IMG/VR virus record: IMGVR_UViG_3300042868_005134
Span: 310,001 to 374,000 of that record
DNA length: 64,000 nucleotides
Direction: 5' to 3' (one strand)
The stretch's first letter is position 1; the number at the start of each line of letters is the position of its first letter. Positions 12,601-20,687 of this stretch are shown piece after piece. Position numbers and translations under genes: made by a program. Below the pieces are notes generated by a model. It was not told where the DNA came from. It worked only from the letters and a program-made list of their open reading frames with translations, and did no database searches.

Positions 12601-14401
12601 TATTGGTGATAATCTGCTGAGCAAGCAAGTTGATATAATTGATACCATCGATAGTTTCAGTTACTTGTCCTGCCGGTAACACTGAAACTGCACCATTAAA
12701 GTAAGCTCTTGCGGCACGTATGGTCCTGGTGTTTCCGCCATACCTAGTATCAAATACTAGCGCATCAACAATGATCCCAGTATCTCTGCTGCACTTTATT
12801 TCGTCAAATATCAAACTAGGGTATTTGTCCTTGATGTATTCAACTACTTCGGCGGCAATAAATGCTCTATTATCTTCTAAATTTTGCGCGGCGTACTTGT
12901 AGTCTGATTGAAAATATGTAACATCATCTATGGTATGAAGCAACTCTACAAGATAAGAATCAGTAAGACTAACTGGAGCAGTATATGTGATAACACGACC
13001 TGTGGCACCACTACGTATGCCTTTAACAATACTGCCTTCTCTCAAATCTCTGTTATTGGCGTCTTTACTCTGATCCACTCCGCCGCCATTAGTATAAACA
13101 TTTAATGTTCTACGCACACCTGTGCCTGTACTAAAACTATCTAAATAGGCAAAGTTTGTGTTGTTGCCGTATGTTATTTGTTGTCTATATGGACCAGGTT
13201 CTGTGAGTGATTGATTTATTAAATCTTCAGCACGTTGACAGGCTCTATTTATGGTGGCAAACGCATAGGCAAATGCTCTACCTTGTTTTTCCAAAGGTAC
13301 ATTGTCCTGATCATCTATGCCTGAATTGGCCACAAACAAATTGGATTGGCTGGCAAAACTGGAACTGTCCACGTAGAATTTTGTAGCTGCCTGTAAATCA
13401 TCTGTTCCGTTGGGACTACCTTGTCCTGCAAATTCTCCAGGATGGTCGTGCAAATATAATGCGCCAGCCATGTGATCACCTTGTCTTCGCACAACTGATT
13501 TTCTAGGCAATGCTTCATTGCTGACCCAGAAACCGTCTAGTTCATATCCGTCCTCATCTTCGGTCATGTACATGGCATCAGTTAGATATTCTGTACCTCT
13601 GTCAATTGCGGGAACGTTGGGATCGTTCACTATAATTCTAGCAATATCATCAATGGCGTTGTCTCTAGTCAAGTAAACGCCCATTCTATCTTTGGTAATG
13701 TATCTTAAATAATATGTGTCACCGATAGTTAAACCTGTGGCAGGAGCACTTCCTGTAATACTGTATACATAGGCAATACCGTTGCTACCACTGTTAAATC
13801 CATGATCGGGGATACTGGCATAACCATTTACCCATAAATCTATAATGATTGTATATTCGGAAGCATTCAAAGGTTCGTCACGAATACGAATTTGACTGCC
13901 AGTACCGGGTCCACCATTGGCTTGTAGGTACCGTTGGTCAGCATAACCTTTGTTGATAACAAGGTCGTCTGCGGTAAGCGATGTGCTGTGTAAAGCATTG
14001 AATAACACCGCAGTTTCGTCTGTAGGTTCGGCCAAATTTCCAATTGTAAAATTTTGTGCGTTTAAGTGCCCGCCTAGATTGGGTCTAATATCATTACCAA
14101 CTTTACCACCAGTGCTGATAATACGTATTTGATTTTCATCAGTATGATCAACACTGATGCCTTCGCCGCCTACTAGTTCTTTAGCAACGAGACTGTCCCC
14201 TTCAGCATTGGAAACAATTACCTGATCGGCACCATATGTTTCAGGCGTGTCATCTAGATCTTTAAAGCTGATGGTATCACCAGCGCCAAAGATAGAAAAT
14301 AATTGTACAAAGTTTTCATTAACTTTACGGAAAGATTCGCGAATACTATCGCCGGTGCCGTCATTACCTTGTACACCAATATCAACGTTTTGTCTTGCCA
14401 T
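6635..14401 (-). CDS. Very large virion structural protein (baseplate/tail-associated)
   Basis: 2588 aa; gp9/gp10-like N-terminus (GNDGTGDSIRESFRKVNENFVQLF); internal duplicated C(S/A)RDxGxIVDALVxD motif; beta-rich, Gly/Thr-rich. Confidence 0.75.
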   Translation of the reverse strand: MARQNVDIGVQGNDGTGDSIRESFRKVNENFVQLFSIFGAGDTISFKDLDDTPETYGADQVIVSNAEGDSLVAKELVGGEGISVDHTDENQIRIISTGGKVGNDIRPNLGGHLNAQNFTIGNLAEPTDETAVLFNALHSTSLTADDLVINKGYADQRYLQANGGPGTGSQIRIRDEPLNASEYTIIIDLWVNGYASIPDHGFNSGSNGIAYVYSITGSAPATGLTIGDTYYLRYITKDRMGVYLTRDNAIDDIARIIVNDPNVPAIDRGTEYLTDAMYMTEDEDGYELDGFWVSNEALPRKSVVRRQGDHMAGALYLHDHPGEFAGQGSPNGTDDLQAATKFYVDSSSFASQSNLFVANSGIDDQDNVPLEKQGRAFAYAFATINRACQRAEDLINQSLTEPGPYRQQITYGNNTNFAYLDSFSTGTGVRRTLNVYTNGGGVDQSKDANNRDLREGSIVKGIRSGATGRVITYTAPVSLTDSYLVELLHTIDDVTYFQSDYKYAAQNLEDNRAFIAAEVVEYIKDKYPSLIFDEIKCSRDTGIIVDALVFDTRYGGNTRTIRAARAYFNGAVSVLPAGQVTETIDGINYINLLAQQIITNTVIPVATTSTGFGFRAVPSTQNTLGTAGEAAAGTLITRLVASITNIVQYGLSGNGTALEFLDDEPLEFGQPVPELQITVRVESGIYYEQMPIRVPTNVSIKGDEFRRVIIRPAPGVSTSPWAAMYFYRDSTFDAMTRTYTSAASAASSFVPANTEYVGSPAYYKVTVSSTTGLETGMYMYVTAGTGSFSPATTVTRIISTTEFEIGHAPSVTLLGATVRGLNSSGLAPTNTNFGYHYLTDPSGVSGIFDDSILKSSGRTNAASLLNNNKSFIQVETVLYINAKYGTTFAASYNQTLCARDVGYIVDALVYDITNGGTTRTIAAAQAYRRNASALIAITTQLTETLDGINYINELVQLILPKTTIATPSVPAGSGATVGKRNISGTVGGIVTPITQNTSGGTSEVGANIQVADLVNGIINTIVGVNNPPKQNKDMDVFMLNDGTILRNITAQGHGGFMCVLDPEGQIQTKSPYFQTLTSLSGSVNKKAFRGGMFIDGFNGNLPARIIGKNSVTELLLDGLIVRAPQVPNSFYINGARYQINAVESYNRSTGTCTVLLDIATPYSPAYTVPVSIIIETAGNRSMLSNDFTQVNDLGYGLVCTNNGIAEAVSVFTYYNWTSYYALNGGQIRSLNGSSCNGEYGLRAAGSDPNEVPDPVVLGDTMVQNARVYSEGSFASKNLADEESVYIDFYTYAGLTIQPSIYNVSELEVDHSNKKSSLIANTTTLPNNVTIAAAGSGYAAGDFITIVGGTLYPGGTVARLRIETVNGGGGVTSVSVSDGGLYSVSPAGVWPTVKGVAMATAAESPSAGTLCTITGTFLGNIDRYEISNIETTTDYGEGVGPSGAIVTPGSFVIGYRYTILTLDASPNFTASGAATNTIGVTFIATGIGSGTGTAKEARTVVKLNLNTASGSGLNAPLDNNQIVTIRGLQNFRFTGVERVRPVRPSTALEFTNADLQGTVYRTLSYQLSYPTGESLLTTRTVQYVERVVSTATITTTTPHGLTSGTSVNITITTVDGLANTSFNTTTSVSVTYVSPTEFSYLNSGTAVSAGTTAVGSISYGDQAILSFDNSFDHVIIQTDPTMLTGGYGSAVGDVKIAVVEITSDSTKAKLNAGDKVFCWDGRMHVVTGYVVAAGPIPAHITIQSSPKAWGAGTIIDPTTDPTATGIRTVFTETRSTTLRASLQASSPGEVTVNISTCRATGHDFLDIGSGGFNTTNYPNNLLGAPTQTPIRANEAVEETSGRVFYVSTDQFGIFRVGKFFTVDQGTGTVTFAASIALSNLDGIGFKRGTVVKEFSTDSTMTDNADDTVPVESAIRSYIDKRLGYTHGGAIVPAADRIPTLTGGFLSVYNSPQLSADLDMGGGGSNHRIFNLSLTPISNDEATSKAYVDLQVAAFDQLTELKEVNLMTPGAGDIMAFTGAGKHVVSTSLSGDIGGTFTSSNMSTITADYLLASTASTITIVDITGFPISGFIKIDSEVFQYSGTTPVSNRFDGVTRAKFLTVAADHLTGATVIGLDNSSINLQIQPGVIVNADVSAIAAIEQTKLALTNVTAYVDTATDSALGKASFSTDNFSVTAGAVTIKDKGIVYAEIQDVAAGTILGNLTGSAASVQEVSASGIVQNGINSLFTAVDDGAFVMTRRVNSLKTSSSFITIAGVAISGSGDFLDIPVSGISGSGVGARVTVGRSGGSYSGVAVTYGGQGYAEGDQLFVSGLLLGGATPANDLSFTVEPTSPTVSNIDTVVYLGVQSVSQTAAASSIVKTDATSNLGNSANKFNTVYATTFIGNLTGTASSATTATNLAGGLVGYIPYQSAVDATTFLAPGTSGRYLKSQGTGFPPVWNELVIPDGDANSLTGTTLASTVINSSLTSVGTLTSLSISGHAQFSVNSSVTAITTGTGTLISKDINIITVCPLGGKVQLPVAVAGYKIFIRNNGLNDLAIYPEAGATINGGAADDPSAAPIVPGAGLEFICGLGATSGVGGDWYNLDATFA

Positions 14402-14402
14402 T

Positions 14403-14756
14403 TTATTCCCCTACGTGATCGTAGAACTCATCTGCTACTGAAAAACTGCTTCCGCAACCGCATGTTGTTTGTGCGTTGGGATTTTTGATAGAAAACGTAG
14501 CGCCCATAAGATCTTCTTTATAATCTATTTCAGCATCGTTTAAGTATGTCATACTCATGCTGTCCACAAGCAAAGAAACGCCTGATTTTTCAATACTGAA
14601 ATCGTCATCGTTTTGTGCTTCGTCAAAGGTAAACCCATAGCTCATGCCGCTACAGCCCCCGCCTTGTACAAAAACACGCAATTTTAAGTTAGGATTGCTT
14701 TCTTCGGCTATTAAGTCTTTGATTTTTTCTACGCAAGAATCTGATAGTGTTAACAT
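14403..14756 (-). CDS. erpA: A-type Fe-S cluster insertion protein (ErpA/IscA, HesB family)
   Basis: [17 protein letters not shown] and [14 protein letters not shown] motifs. Confidence 0.92.
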   Translation of the reverse strand: MLTLSDSCVEKIKDLIAEESNPNLKLRVFVQGGGCSGMSYGFTFDEAQNDDDFSIEKSGVSLLVDSMSMTYLNDAEIDYKEDLMGATFSIKNPNAQTTCGCGSSFSVADEFYDHVGE

Positions 14757-14814
14757 GTTTTTCCCTTTATAGAATATTTATCGTATATTTTTATAACCTT
14801 AATGTAAATAGTGT

Positions 14815-15102
14815 ATGTACTTGAGTAAAGAATACCGAACAATAACCTATACCAGAACCAGTAAGTTAGGGCATGAGCATGAGTATACCCGCACTCGAAC
14901 TCTATTAATGTTTAGGTGTGACAATTGCGGCGAACTGTTCACTAGACTCAAAGAGAAGATGAGTCCGGCAAGATTAAGCAATAATTATTTTCATTGTTGC
15001 GAGCACTGCGATGTCAAACGATTCGCACAAAAGAAAGGCGCAGAGCGTAGGACTATATGGGATAAGCCAGCAAGTAGCCTTGATGATATTAGCAAGATAT
15101 AA
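14815..15102 (+). CDS. Hypothetical protein, putative Zn-binding
   Basis: CDNC...CCEHC cysteine pairs. Confidence 0.65.
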   Translation: MYLSKEYRTITYTRTSKLGHEHEYTRTRTLLMFRCDNCGELFTRLKEKMSPARLSNNYFHCCEHCDVKRFAQKKGAERRTIWDKPASSLDDISKI

Positions 15103-15127
15103 ATAAATCATTAAGGAGGAACACAGA

Positions 15128-15472
15128 ATGTTCAACACAATTAAAGAGTTTATTTTTGGAAAACCAGCACCAGTGGCTGATGTAGTTGCACCCGGTGGTG
15201 CACCATACAAAATCGATCCTGTTGTATCAGGTGAAGATAGAACTGGAGTTGCTAAGGAAACTCCAAGTCATATACAAAATGAACAACGTCAGCACACCGC
15301 AACAGTAGCAGAACACGTAGTTATTCCGGCCGGTACAGAAGCTTCAATTGCAGCACCTGTTAAGCAGCCACGTACTCCTAAAGCAGTTATAGAAAAGACA
15401 GTCGTAAAAAAAGCGGCCCCTGTTAAGAAGGCCGCCGCCATTAAAGCTGCCCCTAAGTCAAAGAAGGTCTAA
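15128..15472 (+). CDS. Hypothetical protein with Lys/Ala/Pro-rich tail
   Basis: Strong AGGAGG RBS; KKAAPVKKAAAIKAAPK C-terminus. Confidence 0.7.
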   Translation: MFNTIKEFIFGKPAPVADVVAPGGAPYKIDPVVSGEDRTGVAKETPSHIQNEQRQHTATVAEHVVIPAGTEASIAAPVKQPRTPKAVIEKTVVKKAAPVKKAAAIKAAPKSKKV

Positions 15473-16495
15473 TTCTTTAGCCCTGTTAGCTAGTGTAAAA
15501 CTAGCTAAGTTTTTGCCCTTAGATTCGCACATAATATCATGTGTGTCTAAAAAGCTCAAAGCCCAATCATTAACACTACTATTCCAGTAGAAGTTAGAGT
15601 GGGCTCTGAGCTTTTGTCTTTTATAACCAGATTCAATTAACTGTTTAAAGTCGGGCATAGTTTTGTCACAGTGATCAACAAGGCAATCTTCCCTACTCAC
15701 GCTATAATGAATAACAGGCCGGACACCGCGCCAGCTGTCAATTATGCGTAATACTCTATCATCGGAGGGTTGAATGTAACCTCCAGTATTGATCCAGTTA
15801 TGGTGTATATCAAGCACAAGGGCGCAGTGATTGACAAGTTCGAGACTGCTATCAACTCCCCAGGACATTTCGTCGTTTTCAATTGTGATAACGTTTCTTG
15901 CTTCGGGGGTAAGTCGTCCGAGTACATCTTTAATGCCTTGGGGACCTTTTCGACCCGAAATGTGTACGTTGACTTTAAAGTCCTGGAACGACTTACCGTA
16001 TCCCATCCACCGGGCCATATCCACATGATATTCAAACTCCTCTATACTTCTATTTACAATATCTGGAGTATCACTAGCAAGCACAGTAAACTGACCAGGG
16101 TGCATAGACAGGCGAACACCCATCTTGCGAGACAGATCTCCCACGATTCGAAATTCTCTTTCGCAATAGGCTCTAACGTCGCTAGTCCGCCAAAACCAAG
16201 CCCAATCACACTGAGTGTACACAGGCAGGATATCGCTGCTGAGTCGTACCATTCTAAGATTTTCATCAAGTGTTCCTACACGTTCAACAAGTTTGCGGAT
16301 ACTTTCGATGTTACCTTTCATGAGGTCCCACAGCTTTTCTACTGCCACATCCTTGTGCTGTCTATTTAACCAAGAAACTGTAGTGCTACCTGTGTTAAAG
16401 ATTTTACAGTCATCCTTGGGTTTAATGCCGTTAACTTGCTCGGGACGATCAATCCATTTACAAGCAAAACCAATACGCTTAATCATATTAACCAA
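15458..16495 (-). CDS. uvsE: UV damage endonuclease (UvsE/UvdE family)
   Basis: RIGFACK, RLSSDILP, RLSMHPGQF, IENDE, LDIHH, AHS motifs. Confidence 0.9.
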   Translation of the reverse strand: MVNMIKRIGFACKWIDRPEQVNGIKPKDDCKIFNTGSTTVSWLNRQHKDVAVEKLWDLMKGNIESIRKLVERVGTLDENLRMVRLSSDILPVYTQCDWAWFWRTSDVRAYCEREFRIVGDLSRKMGVRLSMHPGQFTVLASDTPDIVNRSIEEFEYHVDMARWMGYGKSFQDFKVNVHISGRKGPQGIKDVLGRLTPEARNVITIENDEMSWGVDSSLELVNHCALVLDIHHNWINTGGYIQPSDDRVLRIIDSWRGVRPVIHYSVSREDCLVDHCDKTMPDFKQLIESGYKRQKLRAHSNFYWNSSVNDWALSFLDTHDIMCESKGKNLASFTLANRAKELDLL

Positions 16496-16555
16496 TCAAA
16501 AAAATAGACATAGTGTATTGTAACATCTATGTCTATTAAAAGCAATCACATTGGA

Positions 16556-17110
16556 TTATTCAAACAAGTTTTCATTCCATTCTCTATGACCTTCTCGGAA
16601 AGCCATATTGCTTTGTGTCTCACGCACTTCAACACGATAACACCACAGCCGCTTGCTTTCGCCTTCACCCCACATCTCAGGAATGTAAACTCCGTTAACG
16701 TATTTGTAAAGCATATCGCTAAGACCTTCACAGCCTAGTTTTGGAAGAACAACAATTTTAGCCATGTTACGTTCTTGTAGCAGTTTGAATGTAGCCATTT
16801 CTGGATCATCTTGCGCCACAATAAGTGTATGATCAAATTGGTCTTCTAGGATCTTTTTAAGTTCTTTTAAACCACCATAGTCTGCCGCCCAATTACGAAC
16901 GTCGAGATCATTAGTTCCAAAATAAAACTTCATACTAAACGAGTAACCGTGAATTAAATTACAGTGACTGTCAGATCGCCATTGGCGATAAGCGCAAGGG
17001 AATGAGTCGTGATACTCTTTTGTGCTTGTGTACTTATACAACACCGGTTTAGTGTTTTCTAAGTTGTCTTCTAAGTGACGAATTAAGTCACTGGTTGATG
17101 ATATTGCCAT
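16556..17110 (-). CDS. queD: 6-carboxytetrahydropterin synthase / PTPS-like protein
   Basis: HCNLIHGYS, DYGGLK, FDHT, VEVRET motifs. Confidence 0.8.
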   Translation of the reverse strand: MAISSTSDLIRHLEDNLENTKPVLYKYTSTKEYHDSFPCAYRQWRSDSHCNLIHGYSFSMKFYFGTNDLDVRNWAADYGGLKELKKILEDQFDHTLIVAQDDPEMATFKLLQERNMAKIVVLPKLGCEGLSDMLYKYVNGVYIPEMWGEGESKRLWCYRVEVRETQSNMAFREGHREWNENLFE

Positions 17111-17118
17111 TATATTCT

Positions 17119-17180
17119 CCTATGTTAAATTATAGCATAGGCGGCAGAGTTTGTAAAGCGGGAGTGACGCCAAGACCGCT
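17119..17180 (-). promoter_or_regulatory. Candidate preQ1-I-like riboswitch/pseudoknot in the queD leader
   Basis: AGCGG/CCGCT stem; loop GGCG complementary to downstream CGCC; competing CCTATG/CATAGG hairpin covers the AGGAG RBS. Confidence 0.45.
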
Positions 17181-17190
17181 AGACTAATAT

Positions 17191-17757
17191 TTATTGTTTG
17201 CGTTCCCACACCCAATATAATCGTTCATTTCGCTGATTTTCAAATTCCACAACAGGTTGCGTATATAGTTCTAAACCATATAATTTACCTGCTTCTATTA
17301 TATCAGCTAAGTTCCATATATAAAATATGTCAGCTATGCCTTGCTTTCGACTGGCCAAGCTGGCTAGTGTCCTACATCGCATAAACAATCGTCCGTTAAC
17401 CTTAAGCCATTTACTAATGATACTTAATTGATTAAATGTATGAACTTTGTTGCCAAAATGTAAACTACCTAACGCAACTATTGCATCCGCAGATTCTGGC
17501 TCAAAATGAACAGTTTCTATATCTGCTTGTAAGTCAGCGGTAGGATAAGGTAGTCGATCAAACCCTATAAGATTTTTAACATGCGGTTTTAACTGATTGA
17601 AACCGCATCCAACATCGATCACTAACAACGGACTCATCGAATTTAACTCTTTAGCAAGGGTAAATAGCGTTCGACGATGATCTGGATTCGTAGGACTACC
17701 CGGCGGATTATTGATATCCGGCAGATAAGTCTTATCAATCTTATCTTGCAATGACAT
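17191..17757 (-). CDS. Class I SAM-dependent methyltransferase
   Basis: VIDVGCGFN motif I; ALGSLHFG; paralogue of 20148 and 60228. Confidence 0.8.
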   Translation of the reverse strand: MSLQDKIDKTYLPDINNPPGSPTNPDHRRTLFTLAKELNSMSPLLVIDVGCGFNQLKPHVKNLIGFDRLPYPTADLQADIETVHFEPESADAIVALGSLHFGNKVHTFNQLSIISKWLKVNGRLFMRCRTLASLASRKQGIADIFYIWNLADIIEAGKLYGLELYTQPVVEFENQRNERLYWVWERKQ

Positions 17758-18935
17758 TAACCTACCTTAAGCAACATAGTTTCTTCGTTAAGACGACCAT
17801 TCATCATGGTGTCTGTAGCATTGATTTCATCCAAGAACTTTCGAAGCGCAATCTTACCAGCTGCCTTAAACTCTTTGAGTTTTTCTTCCGGCTTTCGCAG
17901 TGTCTTACAAATGCTCTTGATTTGATCAAAGCCTGTGATTGTGGTTCCTTTAACACCGAGAGTATTAAATTCTGAGGCAACATACTTGCCCAATTTACGG
18001 CTCTTGGTATTATAGACCCACAATTCGCCTGCGCCGATAATGTCCACAGGGTTAACACTAACCAACTTTAAGGGTTCGTTAGTTTTCATGTACTTGAGCT
18101 TGGCAACGACCTTGCTGGTGTCTGTTGGCTTTTTGGCACGAGGCTTTTTGTTCACCTTGGCTTCTTGCATCAACATAGTACAGGCAGTTTGTACTTCAGT
18201 CAAAAACTGAATAAAGTTTTTAATCTGTTTGCGGCTACGATGCTTGTAGCCTTCTTTCAATTGTTCGTCGGCATTACCGCTGGCAAGTTCTTCAAGCTCT
18301 GCTAAGTCACGGGCATAAAAGTCTTTAATGATACGGGCATGTGCTGCCTTGGCCTGCTGACTCTTCAACAAGTTTAGAACCTTAAATGCTTTTGGATCAA
18401 ATGCGTCAGGATCAGTTTGAAAGCTTTCGTAGGCGTTTTCAATTTCTTCAGTCATTTTATATGCGGCATCTCGCACCCGTTCCTGAATCGAAGGAACATA
18501 TACATTAGTCTTGACTGCTTGCGCCGCAACCGCATCTTCGTCGATATCGTTCTTGCCTTCGTCGATAACTTTGGCAATTTCTTTACCTAACCAAGTGGCA
18601 GTATCGCGGCCATTGTTGAAGTCCGGTCGTGTGCTTTGCATACCACGAAGTAGGCAAGAGGCAATTGAACCCACTGTCAATGAGCAACGATTGTCTTTGG
18701 TTTTCTTAAAACTAGCAATGGTCTTTTTGTCGTAGCCGTTTTTACCCATCCAGTCAATAACTTTGCCTTTGAGTTCTTTACTGCTAGACTCCATACGGTA
18801 GTAGGCCATAGAGCTGTGAAAATAGCGAAGAAATTGATTTTCGTCCCACGCCTCACAACCAACCCAACTAGGACTGTAATCGCGTTTGGCTTTTTCGCGG
18901 ATTGCGATAGATGCTTTTTTAAGGTTAGTTGCCAT
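17757..18935 (-). CDS. Hypothetical protein
   Basis: 392 aa ORF with GGAG RBS and its own promoter; no recognisable motif. Confidence 0.75.
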   Translation of the reverse strand: MATNLKKASIAIREKAKRDYSPSWVGCEAWDENQFLRYFHSSMAYYRMESSSKELKGKVIDWMGKNGYDKKTIASFKKTKDNRCSLTVGSIASCLLRGMQSTRPDFNNGRDTATWLGKEIAKVIDEGKNDIDEDAVAAQAVKTNVYVPSIQERVRDAAYKMTEEIENAYESFQTDPDAFDPKAFKVLNLLKSQQAKAAHARIIKDFYARDLAELEELASGNADEQLKEGYKHRSRKQIKNFIQFLTEVQTACTMLMQEAKVNKKPRAKKPTDTSKVVAKLKYMKTNEPLKLVSVNPVDIIGAGELWVYNTKSRKLGKYVASEFNTLGVKGTTITGFDQIKSICKTLRKPEEKLKEFKAAGKIALRKFLDEINATDTMMNGRLNEETMLLKVG

Positions 18936-18965
18936 ACTTGCTCCAATGTGTTAAACAATATGTAT

Positions 18966-18994
18966 ATTATACAGTCAATTTATCTAGAAGTCAA
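18966..18994 (-). promoter_or_regulatory. sigma70-type promoter
   Basis: TTGACT-17 nt-TATAAT. Confidence 0.75.
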
Positions 18995-19054
18995 GGCTTT
19001 TTTAGCCAAAAGAAAACCCGCCTGTTTAGCTATGCCAAAGTGAGGTGGGCCAAA

Positions 19055-19300
19055 TTATTTCTTTTTAGCGTCTGCTGGAGGTGCCTCTTTTGGTTTTTCA
19101 ACTTTGGGCATTTCTTTTGAAGGCTTTTTACATTCAGTTTTGTCAGCATTGGCTTTGTCCTTACAATCAATCTTTGCTGATTTTGGAACTCTAGCTTCTA
19201 CTGTTTTATTACCAACTTTGATGTCTTTGGTTTCTTCTTTGGCTTGAACCGGACTGGCAAGAACTAATGCCAAACCCATAACAAAAATAATATTCTTCAT
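19055..19300 (-). CDS. Small secreted Lys-rich protein
   Basis: Signal peptide MKNIIFVMGLALVLASPVQA; two Cys. Confidence 0.7.
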   Translation of the reverse strand: MKNIIFVMGLALVLASPVQAKEETKDIKVGNKTVEARVPKSAKIDCKDKANADKTECKKPSKEMPKVEKPKEAPPADAKKK

Positions 19301-19321
19301 GTTTATCTCCTACGTAACTAT

Positions 19322-19612
19322 TTATCGTTGATAGCAGGTACGTTCACGAAGGATAGTACCATCTTGTTGTTGGACTTCTCTCCAAGAACTACACACCGTT
19401 TGTTGTTGTAAAATAATGGGTTGTTGTTCTATTACAACAGGTTGAGGAGTTGGTCGTGTTAGCACATAAGTAACTACACCTCCAATAATAGCAGGTGCCA
19501 TCCAATTGTTGGCACTGCCATGCCAGTGATGATGTCTTAGGCCGTGTCCATGATGCTGTGCCATGGCAGGAACAGAAATCATCAACATTAAAGCTAACAT
19601 AAATTTTTTCAT
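19322..19612 (-). CDS. Small secreted His-rich protein
   Basis: Signal peptide ending AMA; HHGHGLRHHHWHG; C-terminal Cys pair. Confidence 0.7.
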   Translation of the reverse strand: MKKFMLALMLMISVPAMAQHHGHGLRHHHWHGSANNWMAPAIIGGVVTYVLTRPTPQPVVIEQQPIILQQQTVCSSWREVQQQDGTILRERTCYQR

Positions 19613-19654
19613 ACCGAACTCCTAAACTAATATTTATTCTAGAAGTTTGGGGTG

Positions 19655-19894
19655 TTACCCCCAAACTTCGTAGTACTTCTTCATTGCTAACTGTCTAGCT
19701 AGCCATAATCTAAACTTTACATGATCTGATAGTTCATCATCTTGAACTAACTTACCAAACTCTGCACTTCGTCGATTACGACCAAAAGTGACCTCATCGT
19801 CTATTATGAGGTCACTGTGTTCTAGATCAAAATTACTTTGCTGGAACAGCAGGCTTTGCGTCTGCTTTAGATGCGTCTTTCTTAGCAGGCTCAC
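19655..19894 (-). CDS. Hypothetical protein, start uncertain
   Basis: Protein-like C-terminal part; the only usable start codon is a GTG inside the upstream gene. Confidence 0.45.
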   Translation of the reverse strand: MSLLRKTHLKQTQSLLFQQSNFDLEHSDLIIDDEVTFGRNRRSAEFGKLVQDDELSDHVKFRLWLARQLAMKKYYEVWG

Positions 19895-20054
19895 TTTTTG
19901 CAGGCTTCTTTTCGTCCTTCTTAACTTCTTTCTTTGCTTCTACTTTAGCTGGAGCACTTACGGCAGCGGCAGGAGCAGCCGGCGCCTTAGCTGGCTCAGC
20001 GGCGAATACAGTTGCGGCAAACATTGTTGCGATTAGAGTTGCGATCAATTTCAT
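19833..20054 (-). CDS. Small secreted Ala/Lys/Pro-rich protein
   Basis: MKLIATLIATMFAATVFA signal peptide; AAGGA RBS before ATG 20054. Confidence 0.75.
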   Translation of the reverse strand: MKLIATLIATMFAATVFAAEPAKAPAAPAAAVSAPAKVEAKKEVKKDEKKPAKSEPAKKDASKADAKPAVPAK

Positions 20055-20147
20055 TATAAAGTTTCCTTTTTGTTTAATATACAGAAAACTATCTGTATAC
20101 ATATATAACGCCTTAGCCTAACAAACAGTTGACACAGATTAATAAAA

Positions 20148-20687
20148 TTATTTTAAATTCCATTCTGCATATAATCTTCGAGGAGTATCAAAACAACATT
20201 CAATTAATACAGCATTAAATTTATCTGCTAATCGAACATGCTCATTGATAGTCCATGGATAAAAATTAATATTTTTACATTCTTCGTTGGCATGATCGTG
20301 AAGGCCTGGGTTACAACGCCAATAGATCCGTGCGTTAGGTTTTAATAAAGATATCACTTTGGCAATTTGCCGTTCGATATCATTGACTGTTCCAAAATTA
20401 ATACTACCTAGGCAGAAAGCAACATCAAATCTATCGTCTGTTTGGAACTCTTCGATTGTACATTTAAAGTCGGCTTGATCAAACGCAGGGTCTACTCCTA
20501 CAATATGTGGTATAAGATTTTTAAACGGATTTGTGCCACACCCCACGTCAATTACACGTTCACCTGGTTTAATTTTATCAGCTAACGATAGTCCTGTTTT
20601 ATCATATTTGTCTAAACGACTGTCTGTTTTATACCAAATTGTGCTAAAATAATTATTAAGATATTCTTGATTAACTTTTATGTCCAT
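20148..20687 (-). CDS. Class I SAM-dependent methyltransferase
   Basis: VIDVGCGTN; CLGSINFG; WRCNPG. Confidence 0.8.
   Translation of the reverse strand: MDIKVNQEYLNNYFSTIWYKTDSRLDKYDKTGLSLADKIKPGERVIDVGCGTNPFKNLIPHIVGVDPAFDQADFKCTIEEFQTDDRFDVAFCLGSINFGTVNDIERQIAKVISLLKPNARIYWRCNPGLHDHANEECKNINFYPWTINEHVRLADKFNAVLIECCFDTPRRLYAEWNLK

Noticed and set aside
2382-14401. Diversity-generating retroelement or invertible tail-fibre cassette
   Set aside because: No reverse transcriptase, invertase or template/variable repeat pair is seen; the repeats are protein-level motifs.
542-14488. Many short plus-strand ORFs opposite the structural genes
   Set aside because: These are antisense shadows of long minus-strand genes caused by codon bias.
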